DNA from: a bacterium
GTDB taxonomy: Bacteria; Hinthialibacterota; Hinthialibacteria; Hinthialibacterales; Hinthialibacteraceae
DNA length: 64,000 bases
Direction: 5' to 3'
Assembly (NCBI GenBank): GCA_963662285.2
Contig: CAXXMV010000002.1
Span: forward strand, 1,632,001-1,696,000
Shown: in pieces, positions 1 to 8,586 of the stretch
How the letters are laid out: the number at the start of each line of letters is the position of its first letter
How positions within the stretch are numbered: position 1 is the stretch's first letter
The notes under the pieces: generated by a model
Databases searched by the model: none
Told to the model about the DNA's origin: nothing
What the model saw: only the letters and a program-made list of their open reading frames with translations
Made by a program: the position numbers and the translations under genes

Positions 1-1145
1 CATAAACCACCGATATTCTCTTTATCCCAGTTATCAAACACGCAATCCTCATGAATGGTCTGCCCGCTCTTTGCGTTGGGATAAAATGTCCAGCCATCCA
101 ACCAACCCAGATGCAAGGCGCCTTCAGTACCATAGAAATAGACGCCTATATTGCTTTTCTCGGTGTTGTTGGCGCCATACCATCTATGTTCCCAGGTTGC
201 GGTGAACTTATCGAAGGCGAAGGTCACCACTTGGGTATCAGGAACATCGCTGGATGTTTGGCTGATATGACGGCCTCCGGTTGATGATACTTTTTTAGGC
301 GAGGTCTCATCGGCCCACCATAGAATTTGATCCATCCAATGGATTCCCCAGTCGCCCAGCTGACCGTTGGCGTAATCCAGGTATTTGCGGAATCCCTTGG
401 GGTGAATATCCGTATTAAATGGCCGCAAGGGTCCAGGGCCGCACCACATATCCCAATCCAATCCCTTAGGCGTTTCCGAATCGGGAGTCTTTTGCCCTGC
501 GCCGCCGCCGTAATGCACGAAAGCCCGGCACATGCCAATCTGGCCCAGTTTCCCTGAATGCAGAAATTCCATAGCCGATTTATTATGCACCCCGGCGCGG
601 CGATGGGTTCCCACCTGCACCACCCGGTTGCATTCACGCGCCGCTTTGACCATAGCGCGGCCTTCATTTATGGTGTGGCAAATAGGTTTTTCGACGTATA
701 CATGCGCTCCCGCTTCGACTGCGGCGATCATGGCCAGTGGATGCCAATGATCCGGCGTACCGATGATAACAATTTCCGGCTTCTCTTTTTCGAGCATCTC
801 ACGGAAATCGGTATACTGTTTGGGGTGTACGCCGCTGACCTTTTCAACCAGGTCGCAGGCTTTGGCCAGATAGGGCTTTTTTAAGTCGCGGCTGCCCGTT
901 AAGAGGTCGCGGTGCGCCGAAGGCAGGTCAAGTTCGCTTTGATCCACGTCGCACACGCCAACGATTTCACATTCACCCGAAGCCATAGCGTAGCGTGTTA
1001 TATTCAATCCCCACCAACCAGCCCCGATTACGGCTGTACGGTATTTTTTATCCCGCGCCTGAGTAAATACTGCTGGCGCCGATAAAAAAGCCCCTGCGGC
1101 GGCGGTCTGTTTTAGAAAAGAACGGCGTTGCTGATTATTCTCCAT
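1..1145 (-). CDS. Gfo/Idh/MocA family oxidoreductase with Tat signal (runs off the window start)
   Basis: Translated by hand from ATG 1145 (AGGAGG SD upstream): MENNQQRRSFLKQTAAAG (twin Arg), Rossmann AVIGAGWWG, VCDVD, GTPDHWH, HVYVEKP. It is missing from the ORF track because the stop lies outside the window. Confidence 0.9.
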   Translation of the reverse strand, partial: MENNQQRRSFLKQTAAAGAFLSAPAVFTQARDKKYRTAVIGAGWWGLNITRYAMASGECEIVGVCDVDQSELDLPSAHRDLLTGSRDLKKPYLAKACDLVEKVSGVHPKQYTDFREMLEKEKPEIVIIGTPDHWHPLAMIAAVEAGAHVYVEKPICHTINEGRAMVKAARECNRVVQVGTHRRAGVHNKSAMEFLHSGKLGQIGMCRAFVHYGGGAGQKTPDSETPKGLDWDMWCGPGPLRPFNTDIHPKGFRKYLDYANGQLGDWGIHWMDQILWWADETSPKKVSSTGGRHISQTSSDVPDTQVVTFAFDKFTATWEHRWYGANNTEKSNIGVYFYGTEGALHLGWLDGWTFYPNAKSGQTIHEDCVFDNWDKENIGGL

Positions 1146-1204
1146 CTCATAATCCTCCTAATTCTCAAATATGGCGTGATTATAACATATCTCCCCACCC
1201 CGGC

Positions 1205-1233
1205 GTAGGATGGGTCGGTCTTATCGACCCATC
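1205..1233 (+). repeat. GTAG-type REP-like hairpin
   Basis: GTAG-GATGGGTCG gtcttat CGACCCATC. Confidence 0.5.
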
Positions 1234-1385
1234 AAAGAACCACCCAATCAATAAATTCACCTCCCCAATTATCAAATTACAATTTAAATCAAAAAAAAAT
1301 TGAGACATAATTACATAACAAAGATAAATATATAAAGAAAGAGTTTTCAATAACGGTTTTTCCAGACCAAAGATAGGAGCCATTC

Positions 1386-3152
1386 ATGTTTCATTTACGC
1401 CATTTGAACTACTTATTATTAGCGTCACTTATTCTTATATTCTCCGCATCTGTTGTTTATGCTGATCCTGATCCGGATATGGACAATGTTGTCATCAACG
1501 ATTTCCCGGTGCGACTCAACCTGTCTCCAGTGGCGCCAACTACTCATGACAGCATATTGATTGAAGGATTCCTGCGGCCAAGTACGTATATACAGGAAAT
1601 TGAACTGGTGGATTATCAGTGGGAAAATCCTTATAAACTATTGGTAAATCTACTTTTAATTCCTGGAGATTTCGTCCCCCCGGAGGAAGGTAAAGATTAT
1701 TTCGCCATCAATTTAGAACCTCAAGCAGAAGGTGAATATACCGTTGTATTCCTAAATAACGGTGAAATTGCCCACCAAATGGAATTTAAGGTCGAGAAGA
1801 CCATACCCAAGTTTCCCATCAATCTGGATATCCTTGCCGCTGAATCATCAGGTATGTTTGACATCGTGGTTTCCGGTGAATTCCCCAATCCGGCTTACTC
1901 CATTAACCAGCATGAGATTATCACCGCACCGAATCGTATTGTAGTCAGCCTCAACATAGATGAACCAACCGAAGCCGCCGCCCAGGTTATCACTCCCTTC
2001 AAAGAAAACCTGGAAAGCATTCAGTTAGAAGATGGCTTCTATGATGTCAGGTTAGAAATCAATGGCCGGATTATAATATATCAACCTTTGGAGATTAAAG
2101 ATTCTATACCTTCTATTATCGTACCCATACCAATGCCTGAACCTGTTCCTGCGATGTTGCATGACGTTAAACTCAACATCGATCCTTTCACAGTAAACAA
2201 AGGGGGAACCATCAACGCCACTGTTGAAGGATATTTCTCCAGCACGGCATACGAAATAACCAATGAAGAAATACGTCAAGACAATAATATGTTCATCATC
2301 CATTGGGATGTTAAAGAACACGAGATTGGCGATAGCGTCATCGTTCCCGTTAAAAAGGAATACGCCTTCGAAAACCTCGAACCGGGTTATTATGAAGTGC
2401 TTTTTGAAATTAATGAAAACGTTATCGAAATGAGCAAATTTCATGTTGATGGTAAAATTTTCAAACCAACAGAAGGCCTGCCTTTCAGTGCGGAATTGCG
2501 AACGATGTTTATGCAAACAGTAACGGAAGAAGGCGGCTCACAGGATTCAGTTCATTTTAACCTGAGCGGAGATTTTCCGACTACTGGATATCTCTTTGCA
2601 GAGAAGAGTATCAATATCAATGACGATCAGATCACCATCAATATTGAGATCACCGAACCTGATGGAGTCGTCGCTGAAGTTATCACATCATATAATGAAG
2701 ATATCGGCTCTCTCGATATCGCTGACCTCTGGGAACGAACCTATACAGCAACCGCCATCGTCAATGGCGTCGCTTTGGACCCTGTAACCTTCGGAGGACC
2801 GATTAATCCCTGGAGTTGGATCGACGTACAATTGGATTACGATGGCAACGATGATTCCATAACCGATTTCATCGTCGTTGGGAATACGCCCTCTCCGGGA
2901 TACTCCATTGAACAGAGCGAAATTGATATTGACGGCTACCAGATCAATGTCCGCTTGACTATTCAAAAGCCAGAAGGCGAAGAACCAGCGGTCATTCAGC
3001 CCATCCGCAAAAATATCGGCGCCGTGAGAGTACCGGATATTTGGGGAAACGCCTATCAACTAAATATTTTCGTCAACGGCGAATTGATTAACAACCGCCA
3101 GGTCCATAACGGCGAAACCATTACACCAGTTCTAAACTGGACCATCTATTAA
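1386..3152 (+). CDS. Secreted protein with about 5 tandem PrcB-C-like beta domains and the shared C-terminal motif
   Basis: Signal peptide (VVYA-D). Repeated G-x-F-P-x-x-[AG]-Y ... P-x4-A-x-VIT ... NG units. Ends TPVLNWTIY. Confidence 0.75.
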   Translation: MFHLRHLNYLLLASLILIFSASVVYADPDPDMDNVVINDFPVRLNLSPVAPTTHDSILIEGFLRPSTYIQEIELVDYQWENPYKLLVNLLLIPGDFVPPEEGKDYFAINLEPQAEGEYTVVFLNNGEIAHQMEFKVEKTIPKFPINLDILAAESSGMFDIVVSGEFPNPAYSINQHEIITAPNRIVVSLNIDEPTEAAAQVITPFKENLESIQLEDGFYDVRLEINGRIIIYQPLEIKDSIPSIIVPIPMPEPVPAMLHDVKLNIDPFTVNKGGTINATVEGYFSSTAYEITNEEIRQDNNMFIIHWDVKEHEIGDSVIVPVKKEYAFENLEPGYYEVLFEINENVIEMSKFHVDGKIFKPTEGLPFSAELRTMFMQTVTEEGGSQDSVHFNLSGDFPTTGYLFAEKSININDDQITINIEITEPDGVVAEVITSYNEDIGSLDIADLWERTYTATAIVNGVALDPVTFGGPINPWSWIDVQLDYDGNDDSITDFIVVGNTPSPGYSIEQSEIDIDGYQINVRLTIQKPEGEEPAVIQPIRKNIGAVRVPDIWGNAYQLNIFVNGELINNRQVHNGETITPVLNWTIY

Positions 3153-3197
3153 CAACACACCACTCAATTGTTTTTTTCTCCATGTCATGTTTCAGAG

Positions 3198-3227
3198 AAG
3201 GGGATGGCCATCACGCCATCCCCTTTT
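3198..3227 (+). terminator. Rho-independent terminator
   Basis: AAGGGGATGGC-catcac-GCCATCCCCTT followed by T run, after 1386..3152. Confidence 0.7.
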
Positions 3228-3278
3228 CACATATACACACGGAACAACAAAAGCCCCCACCTACGCGTTATGATAAAA

Positions 3279-3318
3279 ATCCCTCTCCCAAGACTGGGAG
3301 AGGCTAGGTGAGGGTTGA
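3279..3318 (+). repeat. CCCTCTCCC..GGGAGAGG family REP-like palindrome
   Basis: atccctctcccaagactgggagaggctaggtgagggttga. Near-identical inverted copy at 3796..3835. Relatives near 28627, 31179 and 35940. Confidence 0.75.
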
Positions 3319-3349
3319 AAAAAATCACCCAAGCCAAACAAAACGGGGT

Positions 3350-3389
3350 GGGTGGCAAGGGCAAGACCGCAATGTGCCCAGCCCTTGAT
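3350..3389 (+). repeat. Dispersed CAAGGGC..GCCCTTG hairpin repeat, copy 1
   Basis: caagggcaagaccgcaatgtgcccagcccttgat. Other copies at 25289 and 56769. Confidence 0.75.
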
Positions 3390-3423
3390 GCGATCACTGA
3401 CGATTCAGCGAACACTTCAAACT

Positions 3424-3762
3424 TCAGTGGGTGGGTTGTATATCAGTTGTTTTATGTTCCATAGGAACCAACTCTATCCGAACTTTCAGGTTAAGAGCGG
3501 CGGCGATGCGGCGCAGCATGGCAAGAGTATGCCCATCATAGTCAGAATCTTCCAAACGGTTAATCACCGTCTGGCTCGTCCCAATTAAATCAGCCAACTC
3601 CTGTTGCGTTAATCCTGCGCCCTGCCGTAAATCATAAATGATCTGTGCAATTTCGGCATTCGCTCTTTCCTCTTCAAGAAGAGCCAACATTTCCGGTTTT
3701 CCTTCAATATACCGACGGTGCAGAATTTCAACGCCATCTGTTGTCGGTTCTCGCTTACTCAT
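3424..3762 (-). CDS. XRE/HigA-like HTH antitoxin-type regulator (orphan)
   Basis: IYDLRQGAGLTQQELADLIGTSQTVINRLEDSDYDGHTLAMLRRIAAAL HTH_3 motif. ATG at 3762 preferred over the ORF-track start at 3768. Confidence 0.85.
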   Translation of the reverse strand: MSKREPTTDGVEILHRRYIEGKPEMLALLEEERANAEIAQIIYDLRQGAGLTQQELADLIGTSQTVINRLEDSDYDGHTLAMLRRIAAALNLKVRIELVPMEHKTTDIQPTH

Positions 3763-3783
3763 GATCAATAATCCTTATAACAT

Positions 3784-3940
3784 GGGTGGCTGCTATCAAC
3801 CCTCTCCTAACCTCTCCCAATCTTGGGAGAGGAATAGTTATACAAAGTATTTTATATGACCAAGTCTAAACAATATAACTGGTGATATTTCCAAAATCCC
3901 TCTCCCCCGAGCCTGGGGGAGAATTCAAGAGGGGGTTGTT
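3784..3940 (-). mobile_element. About 157-bp double-palindrome dispersed element (REPIN/MITE-like), copy 1
   Basis: The reverse complement aligns end to end with 35837..35991, including the AT-rich spacer. Confidence 0.75.
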
Positions 3941-4020
3941 GCCTATAACTTTGGATTTTCCAATTTACATTATCATAATAATCAAAATGTGGGCGCCTAG
4001 GGGTTACTTCTCCTGGTATA

Positions 4021-4824
4021 TCACCGCGCAAAGCTGAAATTGGGGGTGGTATTTCCAGCCGTAACCATAGGGATGCCTCCAGGGGCGGGTTGCTCAGCGC
4101 CGCCGAACAGGGCGCTTAAGACTCCAGTGGCGGCGGCCAGGTTTTGCTGCAAGACTTGATCCGCGTCCTGTTGGAAATCATCCATCTTTTGTTGCAGGCG
4201 TTCCAACTCGACGCTGCGTTTCTCTTTTTCGTTATCATCCATTTCACGTTCAAGTTTGGCTTCTTCGCGGCGGTTTTCTTCTATTTGAGCCGGATTGCCC
4301 GATTGGATAGCGCGATCCATCTCCATACGCGCCAGGGTTATATTACGTTCCAGTCGCTGGTCTTCCGATTCAAGGTCTTGCTCCTGCTCTTGCAGTTCAT
4401 CTTCGGTTGGTTGGGTTGCGTTTTGCAGATCAGTTGACGAAGCCGACAGCGCATCATCTTCGGCCTCAGGCTCTTCGCTCTCTTCGGCGGCCTCCAGGTA
4501 ATCTTTGCTTGGCGTCTGGGGTTGATAGACCGAATTAGGCAGAAAACCATTTGAATCAGTTCGGGTTACGACTGTAGTCAATCCACCGTTGATAGTAGGG
4601 CTGACATCCCCCACGCCCAAGGTGAAAGTCCGCTTGGTGAAGAGCACATCCTCGCCTTGAGCCATGGCGCGCATACGCAGACGGGTTTCGTTGCGTTGTT
4701 CCTGGGTCGAAACAAGCCCTGCTGATTGCGCTTCCGTAGCTGCAAGCCGAATCGCCGGTTCGCCCGGATCGGGCTTAAAATGCATCACCGGCATGCTCTG
4801 CATGCCTACTGGACCAATAACCAT
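4021..4824 (-). CDS. Hypothetical protein with acidic coiled-coil C-terminal half and no signal peptide
   Basis: 267-aa ORF. N-domain KPDPGEP...QEQRNE...GGLTTVV followed by an E/Q-rich coil. Confidence 0.7.
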   Translation of the reverse strand: MVIGPVGMQSMPVMHFKPDPGEPAIRLAATEAQSAGLVSTQEQRNETRLRMRAMAQGEDVLFTKRTFTLGVGDVSPTINGGLTTVVTRTDSNGFLPNSVYQPQTPSKDYLEAAEESEEPEAEDDALSASSTDLQNATQPTEDELQEQEQDLESEDQRLERNITLARMEMDRAIQSGNPAQIEENRREEAKLEREMDDNEKEKRSVELERLQQKMDDFQQDADQVLQQNLAAATGVLSALFGGAEQPAPGGIPMVTAGNTTPNFSFAR

Positions 4825-4888
4825 CGTTTTATCTCATAATTCTTATTTCGAGACAGACCTCTCCCGGACAGACTTATCTAATATCGAA

Positions 4889-4915
4889 TTATCGGTTGTT
4901 TTCAGAAAAACTTAA
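4889..4915 (-). promoter_or_regulatory. Sigma28 (FliA)-type promoter
   Basis: Minus strand TTAAGTTT-N11-ACCGATAA, compared with consensus TAAAGTTT-N11-GCCGATAA. Confidence 0.65.
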
Positions 4916-5067
4916 GGGAATTTAGGGTAAAGTCTGGAGATTTGTTGATATTCTTTACCCGGCCTCGAAATAATGCATAATTAAATGTATATACATATTT
5001 GCTATAACATAAGATTCACATATAGTCTGGCATCTCATTAAAGAATCCCCTGGATCAAGGAAATTTC

Positions 5068-6450
5068 ATGAACGGTAAAGAACTGTTATTCAAAACATTA
5101 CGCAAAGAGGAAACCTTCCGGCCAGCCTGGGTTCCATTTGTGGGCATTCATGGCGGCCAGATAATTGACGTTACCGCGGAAGATTATTTAAAATCCAGCG
5201 ACCTGATCATCCAGGGATTAACCAAAGCCATTGAACTCTATAAACCCGACGGCATTCCCATAGTATTCGACCTGCAAGTCGAAGCGGAAATCCTGTCATG
5301 TGAATTACGCTGGTCGGCCGAAAGCCCGCCATCGGTGGTTTCGCATCCCCTACAGAATGGCGCCTTAGAGGATTTGCCGCCCTTCGATGCAACCAAGGGA
5401 CGCATGCCGCTAATTCTGGATGCGCTGCGTCAGTTAAAAAAAGACCACGGCGATCAGGTCGCCATGTATGGATTGATCACCGGCCCCTTCACTCTGGCTT
5501 TGCATCTGATGGGCAACGACCTGTTTTTGAATATGTTCGATAAAGAAGATATGGTGAAAGAGGTGCTGGACTTCTGCGCTGAAGTGGGCAAAAAATCCGC
5601 GCAAGCATATATAGAAAACGGGGCCGATGTCATCGCAGTGGTTGATCCCATGACCAGCCAGATATCATCCGCCCATTTCGAAGCCTTCGTGACGCCATTC
5701 ATCAATGATGTCTATGATTACATTCGCGAACAAAAAGCCTTCTCATCATTATTCGTATGCGGAGACGCCACCAGAAATCTGGAAGTCATGGCGCAAACCC
5801 ATTGCGATAACATCTCTATCGATGAGAATATCTCGCTTGAACTGTTGACCAAACTTGGCAAACAATACGACAAATCGGTTGGAGGCAACCTGCAATTAAC
5901 CGTATCGCTCCTGCTGGGCACTGAAGACGATGCCAAACTAGACGCCATACGCTGCATCAAAGCAGCTGAAGGCAGCCCTGGTTTTGTTCTATCGCCGGGC
6001 TGCGATATCCCCTGGGGCGTGCCCGTCAAGAACCTGCAAGCGGTGGCCGATATGCTGCTGGACAGTTATCAAAGAGATGTAGCCGAGCATACCATCAAGA
6101 TCGGCGAGGTCGATTCGTTCGATGATATTTCGCTGCCGGATTATAACCATGAAGAAAACGTCTACGTCGATATCATAACCCTCGACTCCACCAGTTGCGC
6201 TCCATGCCAGTACATGCTCGAAGCGGCGCAGCAAGCCGTGGACGCCCTGGGAGAAAACGTCGTCGTTACCGAGCATAAAATCAAAACCCGCCAGGGATTA
6301 GGCGTCATGACCAAACTGGGCATCCGCAATATCCCCACTATATGCATAGACGGCCACGCCCGTTTCGTCTCCATGCTGCCCGACCAGAACATACTGATTG
6401 ATACCATCAGGACGCGGGTAAACCAAAAGAAAGCGATGATGTTAAAATGA
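5068..6450 (+). CDS. Uroporphyrinogen decarboxylase / MtaA-CmuA methyltransferase family protein with C-terminal thioredoxin-like domain
   Basis: TGPFTLA, LFVCGD, VGGNL and VLSPGCDIP motifs. C-terminal DSTSCAPCQYM...IPTICIDG. Confidence 0.85.
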   Translation: MNGKELLFKTLRKEETFRPAWVPFVGIHGGQIIDVTAEDYLKSSDLIIQGLTKAIELYKPDGIPIVFDLQVEAEILSCELRWSAESPPSVVSHPLQNGALEDLPPFDATKGRMPLILDALRQLKKDHGDQVAMYGLITGPFTLALHLMGNDLFLNMFDKEDMVKEVLDFCAEVGKKSAQAYIENGADVIAVVDPMTSQISSAHFEAFVTPFINDVYDYIREQKAFSSLFVCGDATRNLEVMAQTHCDNISIDENISLELLTKLGKQYDKSVGGNLQLTVSLLLGTEDDAKLDAIRCIKAAEGSPGFVLSPGCDIPWGVPVKNLQAVADMLLDSYQRDVAEHTIKIGEVDSFDDISLPDYNHEENVYVDIITLDSTSCAPCQYMLEAAQQAVDALGENVVVTEHKIKTRQGLGVMTKLGIRNIPTICIDGHARFVSMLPDQNILIDTIRTRVNQKKAMMLK

Positions 6451-7370
6451 TTCCGGTCACCTTAATCACTGGATTTCTAGGCAGCGGCAAAACCACGCTG
6501 GTTAGTTGGATATACCAGCAATTTCCGGGTCGCCGCATCGTCTATCTAATCAACGAATTTTCCCAAGTTGATATTGACGGCCAACGGCTGGATATCCCCG
6601 AAAATCAACTGGTCTCCATTCCGGGAGGCAGCATCTTCTGCCGTTGTCTGGTCAGCGATTTTATCCGGGTATTACGGGAAATAGAGTCATCGGTTGATAA
6701 TCACAACCAGCCGCCGGAGCAAGTGGTTATCGAAGCCAGCGGCATTTCCGACCCCAACATCATTCAACAACTATTGTGTGAAACAAAACTGGATAACAAT
6801 TATTTCCTGCAACGAATCGTCTGCATCATCGATCCGGGAACCTTTTACAAACTGATTCATACTCTGCCCAATATCATCAGGCAAGTCGAAGCCAGCAATA
6901 CCATTATAATCAACAAGACCGACATGTATGATGAAGAAACTATACAAGGCGCCGAAGAAGAAATACGTAAAATCAATCCCAAGGCCGCGTTGATAAAGAC
7001 CACATACTGCCAAGGCCTGATCGATCTATTCAGCGATACTGAAACCGGGGAACTTTCCGGTGAATACGCACTATGCCGCGACCCCAATTACGCCAGCGTC
7101 GCCTTGCTGCATGAGCATCCACTGGATTGGCGTAAACTTAAACAGGATATCGAAAACCTTCCTGGCGCAGTCTACCGCGTCAAAGGATATGTCGCTACTC
7201 AAGACAACACTCTTGATATCGACTATGCCGCGGATACATGGACTGAAAAAATTACAGAAAACCACCCCCAAACTAATCAAACCAAGTTAGCGGTAATTGT
7301 CGAAGGCCGCTGTGAAATGTCGCTCAACCTGATCCTCTCCAAGTTAAAGCAAAATGCCTACAATTCTTAA
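6447..7370 (+). CDS. CobW/COG0523 G3E family GTPase (metallochaperone)
   Basis: ITGFLGSGKTT, INEF, GSIFCRC, IEASG, INKTD, YRVKG. Overlaps the upstream stop (ATGA). Confidence 0.9.
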   Translation: MIPVTLITGFLGSGKTTLVSWIYQQFPGRRIVYLINEFSQVDIDGQRLDIPENQLVSIPGGSIFCRCLVSDFIRVLREIESSVDNHNQPPEQVVIEASGISDPNIIQQLLCETKLDNNYFLQRIVCIIDPGTFYKLIHTLPNIIRQVEASNTIIINKTDMYDEETIQGAEEEIRKINPKAALIKTTYCQGLIDLFSDTETGELSGEYALCRDPNYASVALLHEHPLDWRKLKQDIENLPGAVYRVKGYVATQDNTLDIDYAADTWTEKITENHPQTNQTKLAVIVEGRCEMSLNLILSKLKQNAYNS

Positions 7371-7385
7371 TTCTCACCTATGCAC

Positions 7386-7422
7386 AAAAAAAAGTCCCCT
7401 CTCCCGGCGGGAAAGGGGACTT
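7386..7422 (-). terminator. Hairpin terminator between convergent genes (also REP-like)
   Basis: A8-AAGTCCCCT...AGGGGACTT. The same core recurs at 25192..25216. Confidence 0.65.
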
Positions 7423-7434
7423 GGTTATGAAACG

Positions 7435-8334
7435 TTATTGGGCATTGCGTAATCCACGGCCATGATCTTTGCGTGCTTGCAGTTCTTGGACCTGTTCATC
7501 GGTGAGTACTTTTTTGATTGCTTCGCGCATTTCGTTGGATATGTCCTGGCGAATATCTTTGATCTTTTCAATCTGCTCAGCGGTTAGATCTAGTCCGCGC
7601 AAAGCCATTCCTGGATATCCACCTTGAGCTGCATCGCCGCGACCGTGACCCTGGCCTCTGGCTTCACTCTGGGCGAAGTTGCCGCCTCGCGCCCTGCGTC
7701 CCTGTCCTTTACCTTGAACTGCGCAATCGCGACCGTGACCCTGACCTCTGGTTTCACTCAGGGCGAAGTTGCCGCCTCGCGCCCTGCGTCCCTGTCCTTT
7801 ACCTTGAACTGCGCAATCGCGACCGGGACCCTGACCTCTGGTTTCACTCTGGGCGAAGTTGCCGCCTCGCGCCCTGCGTCCCTGTCCTTTACCTTGAACT
7901 GCGCAATCGCGACCGTGACCCTGGCCTCTGGTTTCACTCAGGGCGAAGTTGCCGCCTCGCGCCCTGCGGCCTTGACCTCTAAATTCTTTCATTTTTTCAA
8001 TTTGTTCGTCGGTTAGGTTGAGTCCACGCATTCCCATTCCACGATGTTGTCCTTGTGCTGAATCTTCGTTGTCGAATCCAGGTCCTTTAGGGCCTCGTGG
8101 AGCAAAGTTGCCGCCGCGTCCCATGCGTCCCTGGCCTCTAAGTTCCTGCAATTTTTCAATCTGTTCGTCGGTCAGGTCGAGCGCTTTAATCATGTGTTCG
8201 AATTGTGTATCGGTTCTGTTGTCGATTGATTGAGACGGTTTCGCATTTACATCCTGCGCATAAGTTGCTGGTCCTGCAGCCATGATTCCAATGATGCTGG
8301 CGGTGATAATAGTAAAGAATTGATGAAGTTTCAT
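7435..8334 (-). CDS. Secreted Spy/CpxP-like (LTxxQ) protein with Gly/Arg-rich 30-aa repeats
   Basis: Signal peptide (ATYA-Q). LDLTDEQ, LNLTDEQ, LDLTAEQ and VLTDEQ motifs. Confidence 0.75.
   Translation of the reverse strand: MKLHQFFTIITASIIGIMAAGPATYAQDVNAKPSQSIDNRTDTQFEHMIKALDLTDEQIEKLQELRGQGRMGRGGNFAPRGPKGPGFDNEDSAQGQHRGMGMRGLNLTDEQIEKMKEFRGQGRRARGGNFALSETRGQGHGRDCAVQGKGQGRRARGGNFAQSETRGQGPGRDCAVQGKGQGRRARGGNFALSETRGQGHGRDCAVQGKGQGRRARGGNFAQSEARGQGHGRGDAAQGGYPGMALRGLDLTAEQIEKIKDIRQDISNEMREAIKKVLTDEQVQELQARKDHGRGLRNAQ
7621..7980. repeat. Intragenic tandem repeat, 4 x 90 bp
   Basis: gaccg(t/g)gacc recurs at 7641, 7731, 7821 and 7911. Encodes RARGGNFA(L/Q)SETRGQG(H/P)GRDCAVQGKGQGR. Confidence 0.95.
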
Positions 8335-8586
8335 TGTCTTTTACCTTTCGCTACTCGCTATTGTATGTAATTTCGTTTGATGCTTCATTGAGTACAACGA
8401 AGAGGGAAGGGCATTTATTGAGGAGAATTTTTTTTTATGTTTAATAATAAAAAACCAATCTAATATATTCATTGGATTGGTTTGAAGATAGCGTTATAAT
8501 CGGCGTTTCCAAAAAGCGAAAAAATTGGCTTTTTTGAATACCAAACGTGATAATAAACGAATAAATATTTGCAGACTGCTCGTATT

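Noticed and set aside
7621-7980. Possible CRISPR array
   Set aside because: The units are contiguous, in frame and lack unique spacers, and no cas genes are present. It is a coding tandem repeat.
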